Origin: a virus
Lineage: Duplodnaviria; Caudoviricetes
Direction: 5' to 3' (one strand)
Length of the DNA stretch: 64,000 nucleotides
IMG/VR virus record: IMGVR_UViG_3300006155_000002
The position numbers were made by a program, and so were the translations under genes. The notes beneath the pieces were generated by a model, which had not been told where the DNA came from, ran no database searches, and was given only the letters and a program-made list of their open reading frames with translations. Of this stretch, positions 31,201 through 41,133 are shown piece by piece. The stretch's first letter is position 1. The number at the start of each line of letters is the position of its first letter.

Positions 31201-33271
31201 ATATGCTAATGATATCGTAGATTATTACAAACGAATCCAGGAAATCATCCATGAGCAAGCAGAGTTTTATAGATCACAGGGGTACAAAGATACCAGCGAC
31301 GAGGTTAGCAAACTGAGTGACCTATGGTGGGATTATGCCCAGAAAATCAAAGACGTTCGAGATCAAGTTGTTGATAATCTGCTTGACATGGTTGACGCCG
31401 CATCTGATCTTGTGGACGAGGTACAGAAGGTACAAGATACGCTCCATGACGCGGCAGAGGAGTTTGCTTCAAATGGCGGTTTTATTTCCGTTGATACACT
31501 ACAATCCATTTATGACCTTGGACCGCAGTATATGCAGTACCTTGAAGATGAGAACGGTCTTCTTGTTATCAACGAGGAACGTATCAACGCTGTCATTGCT
31601 GCAAAGACAGAACAGCTTGCCCTTGAAAATGCCTTGGCCTATGTTGAGAGGCTGCGTCTTGCGGCTCTCGGAGAATCAAATGAGAGTTTGGATATGTTGT
31701 GCTTTGCTACGACAGAGGCGACCAACACTACTTGGGGTCTTGTTTATGCACAGCTTGAGCAAATGCGGTTGGCTGGAGAACTTTCTGATTCTCAATATAG
31801 CGCTGCAATGCACAACATTAAAGCGCTACAGGCATTGTCAAAAAACGCTATTGCTGGGATTGGACGTGTATCCAACGAGGCAAAGGAGTCGTTGGAGAAG
31901 CTCAAAGAAGAATTGACAACTATGCAGGATGGCGTAGAGGGTATTGTCAAGTACGTTATGGATATGCTAAAGCATCGTATTCAGGAGCAGATTGATGCAC
32001 TTGAAGAGATGAAAGACGCATACTCCAAAATCATTGAGCTTCGCAAGGAGGCTCTTGATGCCGCAAAAGACGAAGCTGACTACGAGGATGAAGTTGCAGC
32101 AAAGGTAAAAGAGATTGCAAAGCTGCAAGAACGTATCAATGCACTGTCTCTTGATGATAGCCGTGATGCTCAGGCGCAAAAGATCAAACTCGAAGAAGAG
32201 ATGGCTGAACTTCAAAAGGAGCTTTCCGATACTCAATCTGATTATGCTCGTGAGGCACAAAAAGAGGCTCTTGATGATATGCAGGAAGCGTATGAGGCGC
32301 AGAAAGACCAAGAAATTGCTGCTCTTGAAAATACGATTTCTTCTTATCAGAAACTCTATGATATGGCTATCAACTACATTGACCAGCACTGGCAGACGTT
32401 GTATCAAGAACTAATTAGCTGGAACTATGAATATGGCTCAGTGCTTAACCAGGAAATCACCGATGCGTGGGCACAGTGTGAGCTCGCTGCACAGCGCTAC
32501 GGCACATCTGTAAAGGATATGCTTGCTGGATTAAGAGCTGAAATTGCAAGCATTACTACGCAAATCAGTAATATAGGCAGTGGTCCTAATACACTCGGAC
32601 CAGGAGACGATGGAATGTCCGGCATACTCGGTCCGTCTGATGTGGACACATCTACTACTGACGCGGATATGGTCAGAGCAATCGTCGCTCGCATGAAGAA
32701 GCTGAGTGCTCAATGGAGTACATTTAATCCAAAGGACACAAATGATGCACTCCATAAGCAAGCAGCTATTGAGGCTGCTAAGCTCGACCAGTATGGTGTT
32801 CATGCTGAGTATCGTGATTCTGACGGAACTTGGTGGATTACTAAGGACAGGCTGAATTCGTCCGGTGTTGGCAAACTGTTGTACAGCGTATACCATACTG
32901 GTGGATATGTTGATGGACAGGCTCCCCTTGGCCGCAAGGAGGTTCCGGCAGTCCTTGAAAAGGGAGAACTCGTGCTTGATGAGCCAAAGCAGAAAGGTCT
33001 GTACCGATTGATTGATTTTACATCGGAGTTGTCTGCGAAACTTAGTAAGGCTATTGGCTCCGTTGATCTGTCAGGACTTTTCGATATTGCTAAAAATGGC
33101 GTAGATAGTACACACGCTCCATTACCGGCTGTTACGAACAATCAAACAGATACCGTTCACTTCGGGGATGTTTACATTTATGGGGCAAATGACGAAACTG
33201 TGAAGCAGCACCAGGAAATCAATCGCAATTTCACCAATCAAATCCTGGCACAGCTTCGTATCAAACGATAA
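25241..33271 (+). CDS. Tail tape measure protein (~2676 aa)
   Basis: TP901-type core (GTALKTISARI), long coiled coils, FANGT...ALVGEEDPEL and YHTGG...LEKGELVL motifs. Confidence 0.92.
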   Translation: MAGFGAKVKLSVDRSSKAEFNKQINDLVGQIKISNKFTVLQKDMDRVRKEAQAMLNSNPMTLKVNKIDCSAAVTNVKRQLQTMLSSLSVQNGVNITGLKDFLGTEGVDATMRGTADAANTAVQKMNEAKAAAAGWAGQMEVLDSIVKGVANTYKSGISGSNMIADEAEIQRITAAYNEWAQKVKEVKASRSGDIEALQQEGLAIQRNITAIQNKQTEAKKAAEAAERAARAAEAAAQREESANQVEISSLKQIAGLQERMTKFLKSNSKLSYSDAGDSIRAMLTELNSGATITTERLREMEGEFANIRTQATTTGSLGRSMLDSLSKAYERFGGWMLITRSMTAAIHTIKDMVTNVRAIDSALAQLQIVTGATDAQLSTFLENATVLAKNLGKSITDVLGSIETFSRLGYNLEEATTLAEYANILANVAAVDSSEATTGMTSIIKGFNMDVSQAEHVADVLVEIGQKYAVSASEMMEAYEKSGAALNATNTSFEKSAGLIAAANAAVQNASTVGTALKTISARIRGSKTELEELGEDTSDLAQGFSKYASEIKALTGFDIMVEGTTDSFKDIYDIFEGIAKVWDDLTDTQQARIAEILGGTRQLQVISSILSNWSDAAGAYSDAMHSAGVATEANTIYMDTIDAKLNQFKATFEELSNIFISSDFIKGLVDFGTGALDVLTKIIEKLGTLPTMITAIVGSYTAIKNARGTASGIFDFDDGKMQLANRGLVALIKNFNTARKAGASLSDSLRIGFNGSLNNANLRIDSYNAMLGASADAQATFMSNLEGTDNSLAAYLKSLNGGTASLKGYMTYCKTAGVQTETLGLQSKLAAVGVTALNTALNMIVSIGISLIINAIISGLSSLINKAAEAREASIKAGRAAVEESDNLLDLTRSYIELCNAVDAGTGSQEDLISIQDELIQYLKTQGIVVQDLASDYDDLKASIIGAAQEAMKTNISTALAGAKDSKQQAVEDMTRWLGGSSGFSASGDGVKEALEYLKEQGFSGISVGTNGGTFTPPNSLIKDVFSEYSFDEVVENYRWIESAMNAIREEFGSENKVFEELSDAYNDYNEHLEDAISDIDNANKLIAQNWLLAAEAAGSPTSVDEFKKFRDTIIDNLEDDKDFDVDGSYSAEEIVNSMLAEDTQYKALLSALTKQEATAKEILKRRHAIASALAESVVGTSIETTTLTGDDPFTYIPNNVIDGYKAIQRMLNDLSDEDLEIAYKLTVEQGITSWDDLKVALNEYNSEQAVAKRRAEELGNSIRMLWNSESFTDAKSELLSLLNSLGEITPDKIEELAGSSSELAYILEQDGMNAQFLSVILQSMASGGDGISLITAEALALNKALDGMVDEFDKVAGAKAKYDAAMSVEEKDTDFQSYAAAFEELNKQFEAGTTNSNAFWAAAEFLFGGEQLAIWGWSDGLDEIYEAMQRNESIFSDADSAGAGFIEKLYELSEAGKLVNEEGEKLLEISRDSRGGYIFDIDQENIAAIAEQMGLTEEAVLSCLKALSMWGDVDFFNIDDVIDTLYDLGIAMDSYKENVDDMGETTETLTRVINLDRLTEQLLTLGKTQKEIHDIITALSELDNVSFLSITQDVDSLIGSLDELGVVTKDGINISVNYEGLSDILQELGFTKDEAEGLITKLDEVDNITLTNANGEIKDITSALEYIQGLEFVDVTASVDGIGEAVEEVDDQSTDNVVSEIEDIGNAADKAVTKVYSIGDAISDINGRTATVYYEVKKKNSILSSIGSMLGFANGTDGAPAGPALVGEEDPELIKSGDRAYLAGVSGPEVVDLNKGDQVYTADETKKILRGSGKHIVGTMPAFAGGTHGNVVINKNKTGTHGEMYSPKAEVEVTATVDNKELEDALEDALKKLKEEISDIIGNFEHSIFLLEKNGGSADQIVAIYRQMQEAVHAYAERYRAMGLDENSDYIQELQKQWWSYQESIQKAIVENYEDMANERENAIKLTENWMENAMDKNYLPGVAGYANDIVDYYKRIQEIIHEQAEFYRSQGYKDTSDEVSKLSDLWWDYAQKIKDVRDQVVDNLLDMVDAASDLVDEVQKVQDTLHDAAEEFASNGGFISVDTLQSIYDLGPQYMQYLEDENGLLVINEERINAVIAAKTEQLALENALAYVERLRLAALGESNESLDMLCFATTEATNTTWGLVYAQLEQMRLAGELSDSQYSAAMHNIKALQALSKNAIAGIGRVSNEAKESLEKLKEELTTMQDGVEGIVKYVMDMLKHRIQEQIDALEEMKDAYSKIIELRKEALDAAKDEADYEDEVAAKVKEIAKLQERINALSLDDSRDAQAQKIKLEEEMAELQKELSDTQSDYAREAQKEALDDMQEAYEAQKDQEIAALENTISSYQKLYDMAINYIDQHWQTLYQELISWNYEYGSVLNQEITDAWAQCELAAQRYGTSVKDMLAGLRAEIASITTQISNIGSGPNTLGPGDDGMSGILGPSDVDTSTTDADMVRAIVARMKKLSAQWSTFNPKDTNDALHKQAAIEAAKLDQYGVHAEYRDSDGTWWITKDRLNSSGVGKLLYSVYHTGGYVDGQAPLGRKEVPAVLEKGELVLDEPKQKGLYRLIDFTSELSAKLSKAIGSVDLSGLFDIAKNGVDSTHAPLPAVTNNQTDTVHFGDVYIYGANDETVKQHQEINRNFTNQILAQLRIKR

Positions 33272-33336
33272 GCATCGTGGAGGGGAGTTGCTATGCTCCC
33301 CTCCACAATCATATTTGAAAGGAGGCGATGTGATAC

Positions 33337-34128
33337 ATGGCTTTCAATTCTTATGAATTCTCATTTAATGGAGAATCATCTGCCATGTATGGGCTGATGA
33401 TTTATGATTTTGGTAGTACAAATCAAGGTAATGTCAGCTTTGGCAACCAAGCGTCTATTGTTGAGACACGCACAAACCTTCGCATTCCGCCTCTGCATTT
33501 TGGAGTGAATTATCATCAGAAGCCACTTGAGTTTAAGCTGATATTTGGCGCAGAGGGACCGCTTGACAGATATGAGTTGGAGAACATTGCGTTGTGGCTA
33601 ACTGGGCATCAACAATATCAATGGCTATCTATTGACCAGCCTGATTTAGAATGGGTGCAGTTTCGCTGCCTTATTACAAAATTAACTCCGCTTATGCATG
33701 GATGGTTGCCTGTTGCGTTTGAAGCAAATGTTGTATGCGACTGTCCATATGCGTATGGATACCCATTCGAAAACGAGTATACCATTAACGGGGAGACTGA
33801 AATCTTGTTTCGTAACAATAGTTCTGTCCGTGAGTATATCAAACCATCTATTTCCTTCCGGCCGACGTCTGGTACAACGAGATTGAGCATCGTTAATCAG
33901 GATGATGACAAGCGGGAATTTCTGCTTGATGGTATCCCAGCATCAACTGATGCTATTGAAATCGATAACCTAAACGGGATTATACAAGATACGAACAATA
34001 AGAGCAACTTGTATGAAGGGTTTAATCTGAACTTTTTCCGTTTGGTGCATGGCGACAACAATCTTATTGTAACAGGCAATGGAACACTCACGATTTCAGG
34101 AAGGCTCCTATATAACGTGTCAGCGTAA
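33337..34128 (+). CDS. Distal tail (Dit) protein
   Basis: After the tape measure gene; FSFNG, CPYAYG and FFRLVHGDN motifs. Confidence 0.75.
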   Translation: MAFNSYEFSFNGESSAMYGLMIYDFGSTNQGNVSFGNQASIVETRTNLRIPPLHFGVNYHQKPLEFKLIFGAEGPLDRYELENIALWLTGHQQYQWLSIDQPDLEWVQFRCLITKLTPLMHGWLPVAFEANVVCDCPYAYGYPFENEYTINGETEILFRNNSSVREYIKPSISFRPTSGTTRLSIVNQDDDKREFLLDGIPASTDAIEIDNLNGIIQDTNNKSNLYEGFNLNFFRLVHGDNNLIVTGNGTLTISGRLLYNVSA

Positions 34129-34140
34129 GGAGGTGACAAA

Positions 34141-37100
34141 ATGTATCTTGACTACTCAAAATTAGAATTTGATAGAAACGGTAATCCGGAGACACCTGAA
34201 CTGCTGCTGAAAACACTTGGGGATAAAGTAATTGGTGTAATTCCAGGCGTATATAATTTGAAATTCAACATTAAATACTCTGAGCCAAGTGAAATATCTT
34301 TTGATATTCCGGCAAGCATTGATGGCGTTAGGAATCCTCTTTATGAAGCTGTGTCCGGGCATAAGCAAATATACACAAAATGCTATGGGGTCTATGAGAT
34401 CTTGAATCCGTCTACAACGGCAGATGGGATATCCGAAGTAAAACACGTTACAGGGTATTCTTATGAGAAGACCCTTGAGTCCAAGAAATTTTTTTTGGAA
34501 GAAGGAACGTTTAACTTTTGGAACCCAGCATCACCAACAGATACCGTACTTGGGCGCATACTTGAAATTGCTATTGGTTGGAGCGCAGGGTACGTTTCTC
34601 CATCTCTAATTGGAAAATACCGCACGTTTGATGACTATGACGATTATTTGCTGTCCTTTGTGTATAATAATGCACCAGAAAAATATCGGTGCGTATTTGT
34701 ATTCGATACATATAAACGGACAATTAACGTCTATGACGCAGATGAACAGGTAAAACATCTACCAATTTATTTGGACTTTGACAATCTTCTGGAATCTATA
34801 GATAATTCTGAGCAGAGCGATGAATTGGTAACTGCAATTCGGCCATATGGCGCAGACGACCTGGATATTAGAGCTGTAAATCCAATCGGAACTAACTGGA
34901 TTTACGATCTATCATATTTTATCTCTAATGGAGATATATCTGGCGGACTCGCCAACAAATGGAATACATGGCAGCGCAGTATTATCAATCAGCAAATGTA
35001 TTACAAGGGACTTGTTGCGCTACAGGCATCGTCCACGGCACGAATTCTTGCAGAGCAGGCGGCTCTAACTGACCTGAAAGGGCAGCTTGATTCGCTTGTT
35101 AGTCAGCAAAGCGTAACAATTCAGGCGCTTGCTATGGAAACAACAAGCGCAGGAATTGCAAGTCAGCAAACTTTGTTGAATAACATAAATGCAAACATTG
35201 CTTCTAAAAATGCAGAAATTTCTTCAAAGCAAGACTTGATTGATTCGATTCAAAGCGAACTCGATTCCTACACAAGCGAGATTCAAATTGTTGTGGACGA
35301 GCTTGCTATCAAAAACTATTTTTCTGATGAAGAATATGAGGAACTTTCGCACTTTCTGATTGAGCAAGATATTACAGAAAACACATTTGTTGCGTCAACT
35401 TTAGATGTATCGGTATCAGGGGACTCTTATAATCTTTCCAATGAAACTGTTTCCATCAGCGGATCGTCTATCTGGATGGTGGATTTGACAGATACATTTT
35501 CAAAAAAGATGTATGTAATGTCTGGAGGGACGTTCTCATTGACTGGCGGCTACGATATTTCTGGAGATATTATTCGTGGTACACTGGAGACTAAAAGCAA
35601 CGGAAGTTTTGTTCTGAGCTTTTACGCTGGAACAATCCGTGTTAATGATAAAACTGCTCCAAGTGGAACTATTACTGTCAATGGTACTTACTCTGGACTG
35701 TCGAGCAATATAAGCGCAGTCACAATTGATGAGGTTACAACATATGAAGGTTCTATGATTCGATTTTCTGCGCCATCTGGTTCTATGTTCTTAACTGCAA
35801 ATGTAAGTGATTACCAAAAGTATTCTGTTCAGATGGAACTGTATGACTATGCTGTTGATGTCCTGAGTGATATCTCTACACCAACATATGAATTTTCTGT
35901 TGACTCCGGTAATTTCTTGTTTGCACAGGAATTTGCTCCGTTTCGCAATCAGCTTGAACTTGGAAAAGGCGTTTATTTGAAGATTGACAACGACGTAATC
36001 ATCACGCCCTATATTATAGAGTTTGAGATCAATTTTGAAAATCAGAGTGATTTTTCTCTGATATTTTCAAATAGGTTCAAGCGTCATGATATGACAAACA
36101 CCCTAAAAGACATGATAGAGACAAGCTATTCAACGAGCCGAAGTTTTGATGCGAATAAATATGTTTACAATCAGGCTACAAATCAGGCCGCTTCGGTTTC
36201 AAAATTCATGTCGGATTCTTTGGACGCTGCAAAAAATACTATTCTCGGCGCCTCAAATCAGAGCGTTGTTATCAATGGTTCCGGTATTCATGTTGGCGGT
36301 GATTCTAAATACCAAATCCGAATTGTTGACAGTATGATTGCTATGTCGGACGATAACTGGGCAAGCAGCAAATTGGCGATTGGATATTTTGCTTCACCAG
36401 AAGTTGGAGAGTATTTTGGAGTTAATGCGGAAGTCATTGGCGGTAAGTTGATTGTCGGAAATAATCTCGTTATCGAGAATGAAAATGATAGAGGAGTTAT
36501 GCAGTTTAAGGTCGATGCAACGGGAGCGTGGCTTTATAATGCAACCTTTATTCTTCAGAGCGGAAATGCGTCTACGTTTTCAACAAGAGCTGCCACTCGT
36601 GCTGTGACTGGTGGAAAAATCATTCTTGATCCAGACTACGGTGTGCTTGCCGGTACTGGAGATTTGTTCACAACAGAAGGAACGACCGTAATCCCTTCTT
36701 TTATAGACAATGACGGCGATATGGTATTTGATTCTGATGGTATGCCAGAGAACGCGAATTTCTTTCTTGACCTTCGAGACGGCAATGCCTATTTCCGTGG
36801 AAATCTCAAGGCTACATCTGGATATATAGGTGGATTCACCATTGAGAACGATTTTTTGCACGCTGGAAGAGGTAGCAACTATGTAGCTATCAATGGCTCC
36901 GGCACCAATACAGATTCTCTTTATGCGTTTTGGGCCGGTGCTGAAAGTCCTGGCAGCGCACCTTTCTGGGTGAAAAAGAATGGTGATATTTATGCAAAGA
37001 ATGGTACGTTCCAAGGTGTTGTTTCAGGGGCGACTTTCCAAGATAGATATGGCGGCTCTATGATGAATGGTAACTACGAGTTTACTGCAAGCTATCTAAA

Positions 37101-38055
37101 TCTAAACGGAATCAATGTCGGTAATGGCAACTTCGTTGTTGATGCTAATGGCAATGTAACTGTGCGTGGAAACATCACAATGAATTGGGGGTCATCAATC
37201 AACTGGGCAAATGTCACAGAATACAATGCATCAAGTAGTCAAGCATATCAAAGAGCAAATACCGCTGTAAACACTGCCAGCAATGCACAATCATATGCAA
37301 TAGCAGCTAATTCAAATGCGCAGAATGCGATTCAGATTGCACAACAGAATGCGATAAGCGATGAAAAGGTCTTTAATATTTTGACAAGCGGCGGGACGAG
37401 GTTTGGTATCTTTAGTAGTTCAGACTACAATCGTTTGTATATCAATGCCAGCTATATTCGTGCAGGTACGATTAACGCAGATATTATCACGCTCGGAAGT
37501 AGTTTTGGTGGTTTCAGATGTGCAATGGGACACGACGGAAAAAGTTATACATATGGTTCTATGATGTACGGGTCTGATGCGTCAAACTATGTTATTGCAA
37601 CCAATGGTGGTGTTCGCATGACCGCTGGAGGCCACGCTGTATACGTTACCTCTGGAGGGTGTTACTCAAGCGCCGAATTTGCGAGAGGATCAGATAGACG
37701 AATCAAAAATAGCATCATTTATGATATGGACAAGTATAGTAAATTCTTTATGAATTTGAAGCCAACTGCATTCCGTATGAATAACGGGCATAGCGGACGA
37801 TATCACATCGGATTCATTGCGCAGGATGTTGAAGATGCAATTTTGATGTCCGGACTTGACACATCTGATTTTGCTGGACTTGTTCGTTCTGCTGGCATTG
37901 ATGATGTGCATGACGAGTATGAAGATCAGTATTACTTGAGATATGAAAATTTCATTCCTCTAAATACGTTCATGACACAAAAACTTTATCATCGTATTGA
38001 TGAACTTGAAGAAAAAATCAAGAGACTTGAATCAAAAATAAACAATATGAGTTAA
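34141..38055 (+). CDS. Tail tip/spike (Tal) with C-terminal intramolecular chaperone (peptidase S74)
   Basis: Hub-like N-terminus; SDRRIKNSI...HIGFIAQDVE...LRYENFI then a coiled coil. Confidence 0.85.
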   Translation: MYLDYSKLEFDRNGNPETPELLLKTLGDKVIGVIPGVYNLKFNIKYSEPSEISFDIPASIDGVRNPLYEAVSGHKQIYTKCYGVYEILNPSTTADGISEVKHVTGYSYEKTLESKKFFLEEGTFNFWNPASPTDTVLGRILEIAIGWSAGYVSPSLIGKYRTFDDYDDYLLSFVYNNAPEKYRCVFVFDTYKRTINVYDADEQVKHLPIYLDFDNLLESIDNSEQSDELVTAIRPYGADDLDIRAVNPIGTNWIYDLSYFISNGDISGGLANKWNTWQRSIINQQMYYKGLVALQASSTARILAEQAALTDLKGQLDSLVSQQSVTIQALAMETTSAGIASQQTLLNNINANIASKNAEISSKQDLIDSIQSELDSYTSEIQIVVDELAIKNYFSDEEYEELSHFLIEQDITENTFVASTLDVSVSGDSYNLSNETVSISGSSIWMVDLTDTFSKKMYVMSGGTFSLTGGYDISGDIIRGTLETKSNGSFVLSFYAGTIRVNDKTAPSGTITVNGTYSGLSSNISAVTIDEVTTYEGSMIRFSAPSGSMFLTANVSDYQKYSVQMELYDYAVDVLSDISTPTYEFSVDSGNFLFAQEFAPFRNQLELGKGVYLKIDNDVIITPYIIEFEINFENQSDFSLIFSNRFKRHDMTNTLKDMIETSYSTSRSFDANKYVYNQATNQAASVSKFMSDSLDAAKNTILGASNQSVVINGSGIHVGGDSKYQIRIVDSMIAMSDDNWASSKLAIGYFASPEVGEYFGVNAEVIGGKLIVGNNLVIENENDRGVMQFKVDATGAWLYNATFILQSGNASTFSTRAATRAVTGGKIILDPDYGVLAGTGDLFTTEGTTVIPSFIDNDGDMVFDSDGMPENANFFLDLRDGNAYFRGNLKATSGYIGGFTIENDFLHAGRGSNYVAINGSGTNTDSLYAFWAGAESPGSAPFWVKKNGDIYAKNGTFQGVVSGATFQDRYGGSMMNGNYEFTASYLNLNGINVGNGNFVVDANGNVTVRGNITMNWGSSINWANVTEYNASSSQAYQRANTAVNTASNAQSYAIAANSNAQNAIQIAQQNAISDEKVFNILTSGGTRFGIFSSSDYNRLYINASYIRAGTINADIITLGSSFGGFRCAMGHDGKSYTYGSMMYGSDASNYVIATNGGVRMTAGGHAVYVTSGGCYSSAEFARGSDRRIKNSIIYDMDKYSKFFMNLKPTAFRMNNGHSGRYHIGFIAQDVEDAILMSGLDTSDFAGLVRSAGIDDVHDEYEDQYYLRYENFIPLNTFMTQKLYHRIDELEEKIKRLESKINNMS

Positions 38056-38067
38056 AGGAGACTCCAT

Positions 38068-38247
38068 ATGAAAGAAGAAATTATGCAGCGGCTTACGCTT
38101 GTTCTGGGCGCACTGAACAGCATCTCTGTGAGCGGAAAGCAGAACCTTGGCAACTTGGGCGGTAGTATCGCCGCCATTGAAGAGATTGCCGGTATACTGG
38201 AGGGCGTCGATATCGTCGGCCCCGAAAAAGCACAAGAGGATAAGTAA
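38068..38247 (+). CDS. Small hypothetical protein, 59 aa
   Basis: AAGGAG RBS; MKEEIMQRLTLVLGALNSISVSGKQNL... Confidence 0.7.
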   Translation: MKEEIMQRLTLVLGALNSISVSGKQNLGNLGGSIAAIEEIAGILEGVDIVGPEKAQEDK

Positions 38248-38270
38248 ACCGAGAAAGGCGGGTGACGTGT

Positions 38271-38651
38271 ATGTCGTGTGATATAAACCCGTACACCTTA
38301 CCAACGATTGAGTTTGTTGGCGGCGAAACACAGAACCTTTTGTTTAATGTGTATTTCTATCAAAATAGAAAACCATTCAGTATGACAGGATGCACAAGCA
38401 ATTTTTCGATTGTGGACTTCATCAATAAAAAGGGCAAACCTATCCTGACTAAAACTATGGATGTGCTTGAAAACGCAGATGAATCGGCACTTAACGTCCT
38501 ATCTGTGGAGCTTGCACCATTAGAAACCTATGAGCTGTCTGGCAAGTACATTTACCAGATTACCATTAAAGATGTGAATGGGAATGTGGAAATTCCAAAA
38601 CAAGGGTTGATGTATATCACGAACAACATCAATAAAAGCTTTATCCAATAA
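38271..38651 (+). CDS. BppU-like baseplate/tail protein
   Basis: GETQ...LSGKYIYQITI beta-sandwich pattern. Confidence 0.5.
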   Translation: MSCDINPYTLPTIEFVGGETQNLLFNVYFYQNRKPFSMTGCTSNFSIVDFINKKGKPILTKTMDVLENADESALNVLSVELAPLETYELSGKYIYQITIKDVNGNVEIPKQGLMYITNNINKSFIQ

Positions 38652-38709
38652 ATAACCGGCCTATTAGGGCCGGCTTTATTATACCTATTTTTAATAAGGA
38701 GGGTCATTT

Positions 38710-39108
38710 ATGACGACGCAATATTTCCTGAACGTTGTTGCTGGCAATGTCTATGGTACTGATACTGGTACTGCTCTGCCAACACAGTATTATATTGGGC
38801 TGTCCACCACAGCACCCACTGTTACCGGAATGAATGTAAACGAACCATCTGGCGCCGGTTATTCTCGTGTAGCGCTGGCCTCTCTCGGGAAGCCTTCCGG
38901 TGGCGTTGTGACGAACACTTTGTCTATTGATTTCCCTGAAAGTACGGCCAGCTGGGGAACTGTAACATACTTCGTGATCTATGATGCCCTGACGGGTGGG
39001 AACCTGCTTCAGTATGGGCAGCTTTCTACTCCACGCAGTATTGAACCCGCTACTATTATGTCAATCCCGACGAACTATCTCAACCTGAGCGTGCAGAATC
39101 CTGTGTAA
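38710..39108 (+). CDS. Phage tail structural protein
   Basis: YIGLSTTAP...GYSRV...WGTVTYFVIYDALTGGNLL. Confidence 0.7.
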   Translation: MTTQYFLNVVAGNVYGTDTGTALPTQYYIGLSTTAPTVTGMNVNEPSGAGYSRVALASLGKPSGGVVTNTLSIDFPESTASWGTVTYFVIYDALTGGNLLQYGQLSTPRSIEPATIMSIPTNYLNLSVQNPV

Positions 39109-39123
39109 TGTGAGGGGTGGCGT

Positions 39124-40062
39124 ATGGCAAAAGATTTTGATATTTTCCTGCACCGCCACCTAACAGAGTGTGACCTCATCATTCAATCTATTCCGTTTCG
39201 AGACGGCATATCTGTAACCGACCGTATGATTCTTAATGCTGTTCTGCAGGGGTGCAAGTTGTTAAGAATTGCGGCAGCTCAATCAGGTATAGAGATGACG
39301 GCAAAGATTGATAAGATGATCAAGACTTGTTATGAGAAGCTCGGAGTATCTGCCACGATTGATGCCTCGGCGGAATTTAAGGCAAGAGGTGTCATTCCAT
39401 TGGTCAATGAGTCAATTGAGATTTCTGCGGAAAATCTTGGTACGTTGTCTACCGTACTCACTACAGTAGAAACTCAGATGGTCATGTCTGTCAATCCTTT
39501 GGTAACAAGAATTGCAAAGTCTCTTGGACACATGGATGTCCGGATCGACTCAGATGTCAACGTCACAGATACGCTCAAAAGAAGCCTTCTGACCATTCAG
39601 TCGGATTCTCTTTTGAATGCTGAGGTATTAGGAGACAAAAAGACTGGATTTTTGCTTGATACGGACACAGAACTGTTTATTGATGCCACTTTGACAAGTC
39701 TGTGTAAACGTATTGGGTTTGATGCAGTCGCTGGTATTGAGCTTACGGCAATGGTTCTTGGAACAAGGCTTTCCCATTCTCTCGGTCGGGCTATCAGCGG
39801 AATTACTATTGATTCCAAGGTGATTGGCACAAAGGCAAAGAAATTGGAAATTGCAAACGACATTATTCAGCTAATGGCGGAAGCGGTTCCTGTTCTTATT
39901 AAGCTCATATATCCAGAAGCTGACGGGCTTATTGTCGATGCAAATATTTCTGGGTCAAAACTCAAGCGACATCGTTTGTTAGACGAAATGGACAGTTTTG
40001 CAATAAATGATTTTGATAATATGATGCTTGACGAGGTTGACTATGTTATTTTAGCGGAATAG
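39124..40062 (+). CDS. Hypothetical tail protein
   Basis: ORF with RBS in the tail cluster. Confidence 0.6.
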   Translation: MAKDFDIFLHRHLTECDLIIQSIPFRDGISVTDRMILNAVLQGCKLLRIAAAQSGIEMTAKIDKMIKTCYEKLGVSATIDASAEFKARGVIPLVNESIEISAENLGTLSTVLTTVETQMVMSVNPLVTRIAKSLGHMDVRIDSDVNVTDTLKRSLLTIQSDSLLNAEVLGDKKTGFLLDTDTELFIDATLTSLCKRIGFDAVAGIELTAMVLGTRLSHSLGRAISGITIDSKVIGTKAKKLEIANDIIQLMAEAVPVLIKLIYPEADGLIVDANISGSKLKRHRLLDEMDSFAINDFDNMMLDEVDYVILAE

Positions 40063-40102
40063 TATTGCATTTTCAAAAACTATTCCAGCAATCAATGAGG
40101 TG

Positions 40103-40117
40103 CGGGTGACATACAAA
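40103..40117 (+). promoter_or_regulatory. Repeated motif, copy 3 (CGGGTGACATACAAA)
   Basis: 15/15 match to the reverse complement of 2291-2305; intergenic, upstream of the fibre cluster. Confidence 0.5.
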
Positions 40118-40146
40118 GCCGTACTTATATATAGGGGGTGAAAACG

Positions 40147-41073
40147 ATGTTTTATATCAAACTGCGCGGCGATATGGGGCTGGAGGTCACGTCTCGTGAA
40201 GCGCTCTATCGTGGCGACCACCTCAACCAAAAACTCACCTTTCTTCTTCCAATTACCGTTGGAAACATTGATATGGGCGTTGCCGCCGTGTATCTAAGCT
40301 ATATCCGACCGGATGGAACGGCGGATATTGATCTGCTGAACCGACAGGAGGAACTTTACAACGAGACGTATTACAGGTTTACTATGCCGGTAACCAGCAA
40401 GCTGACGCGATATGCTGGGACAGTAACAACATTTTTGACGATTTATGCTGGCCCGTATAATGCTCCTTATGTTGCTAAGAGCGGAGAATGTCTGCTTCAT
40501 ATCGCAGAGTCCACCTGTATGGACGATGTGATTACAGACCACCACTTGGCTCTTATTTATAGTATGCAACGGCAGATGGAGGATAAGGTTGAGAAGGCTG
40601 AGCAGACGCTGAATGAGCGTATTGATAAGACCGACGAGGTCGTTGCAGCTAAAGCTGATAACATCGTATTCAATGAGGAGGACAGCACTATTCAGTTGGT
40701 GTCCACCGTTGTTGTCAAGGATGAAGATGGAAACGAAATTGGGACTGAGCAGGTTCCTCTCGGAGACCCGATTTTTGTTCGTGCCGATACTGCTCGCGGC
40801 ATTATTGGTATGGAGATTAACGAGGATGGCGAACTACTCGTCACATTTGATGACGAGACGACTCAGAATCTCGGTGTGGTTGTGGGAAAAGATGGCTCTA
40901 TTTATGTCCCGCACGTTGATGAAAGAAAGATCCTCACCTTCACTATTGAGGATGAACCAGCAGAGGTTCCAGACCCTGTTGATCTGAATCCCAATGATGA
41001 GTGGAGTGATATTGGTGGCGATAGTATAGATGAGCCAGGCGGCGAAACTACCTATATATGGGAGGATATGTAA
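40147..41073 (+). CDS. Baseplate upper/fibre-anchor protein
   Basis: BppU-like N-terminus; INEDGELLVTF...NLGVVVG fibre motif. Confidence 0.55.
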   Translation: MFYIKLRGDMGLEVTSREALYRGDHLNQKLTFLLPITVGNIDMGVAAVYLSYIRPDGTADIDLLNRQEELYNETYYRFTMPVTSKLTRYAGTVTTFLTIYAGPYNAPYVAKSGECLLHIAESTCMDDVITDHHLALIYSMQRQMEDKVEKAEQTLNERIDKTDEVVAAKADNIVFNEEDSTIQLVSTVVVKDEDGNEIGTEQVPLGDPIFVRADTARGIIGMEINEDGELLVTFDDETTQNLGVVVGKDGSIYVPHVDERKILTFTIEDEPAEVPDPVDLNPNDEWSDIGGDSIDEPGGETTYIWEDM

Positions 41074-41133
41074 TCACGATATAAGCGCTTAGAGAGCGTT
41101 TGTATATAGCAAAAAAATGAGGAGGTTATTGTT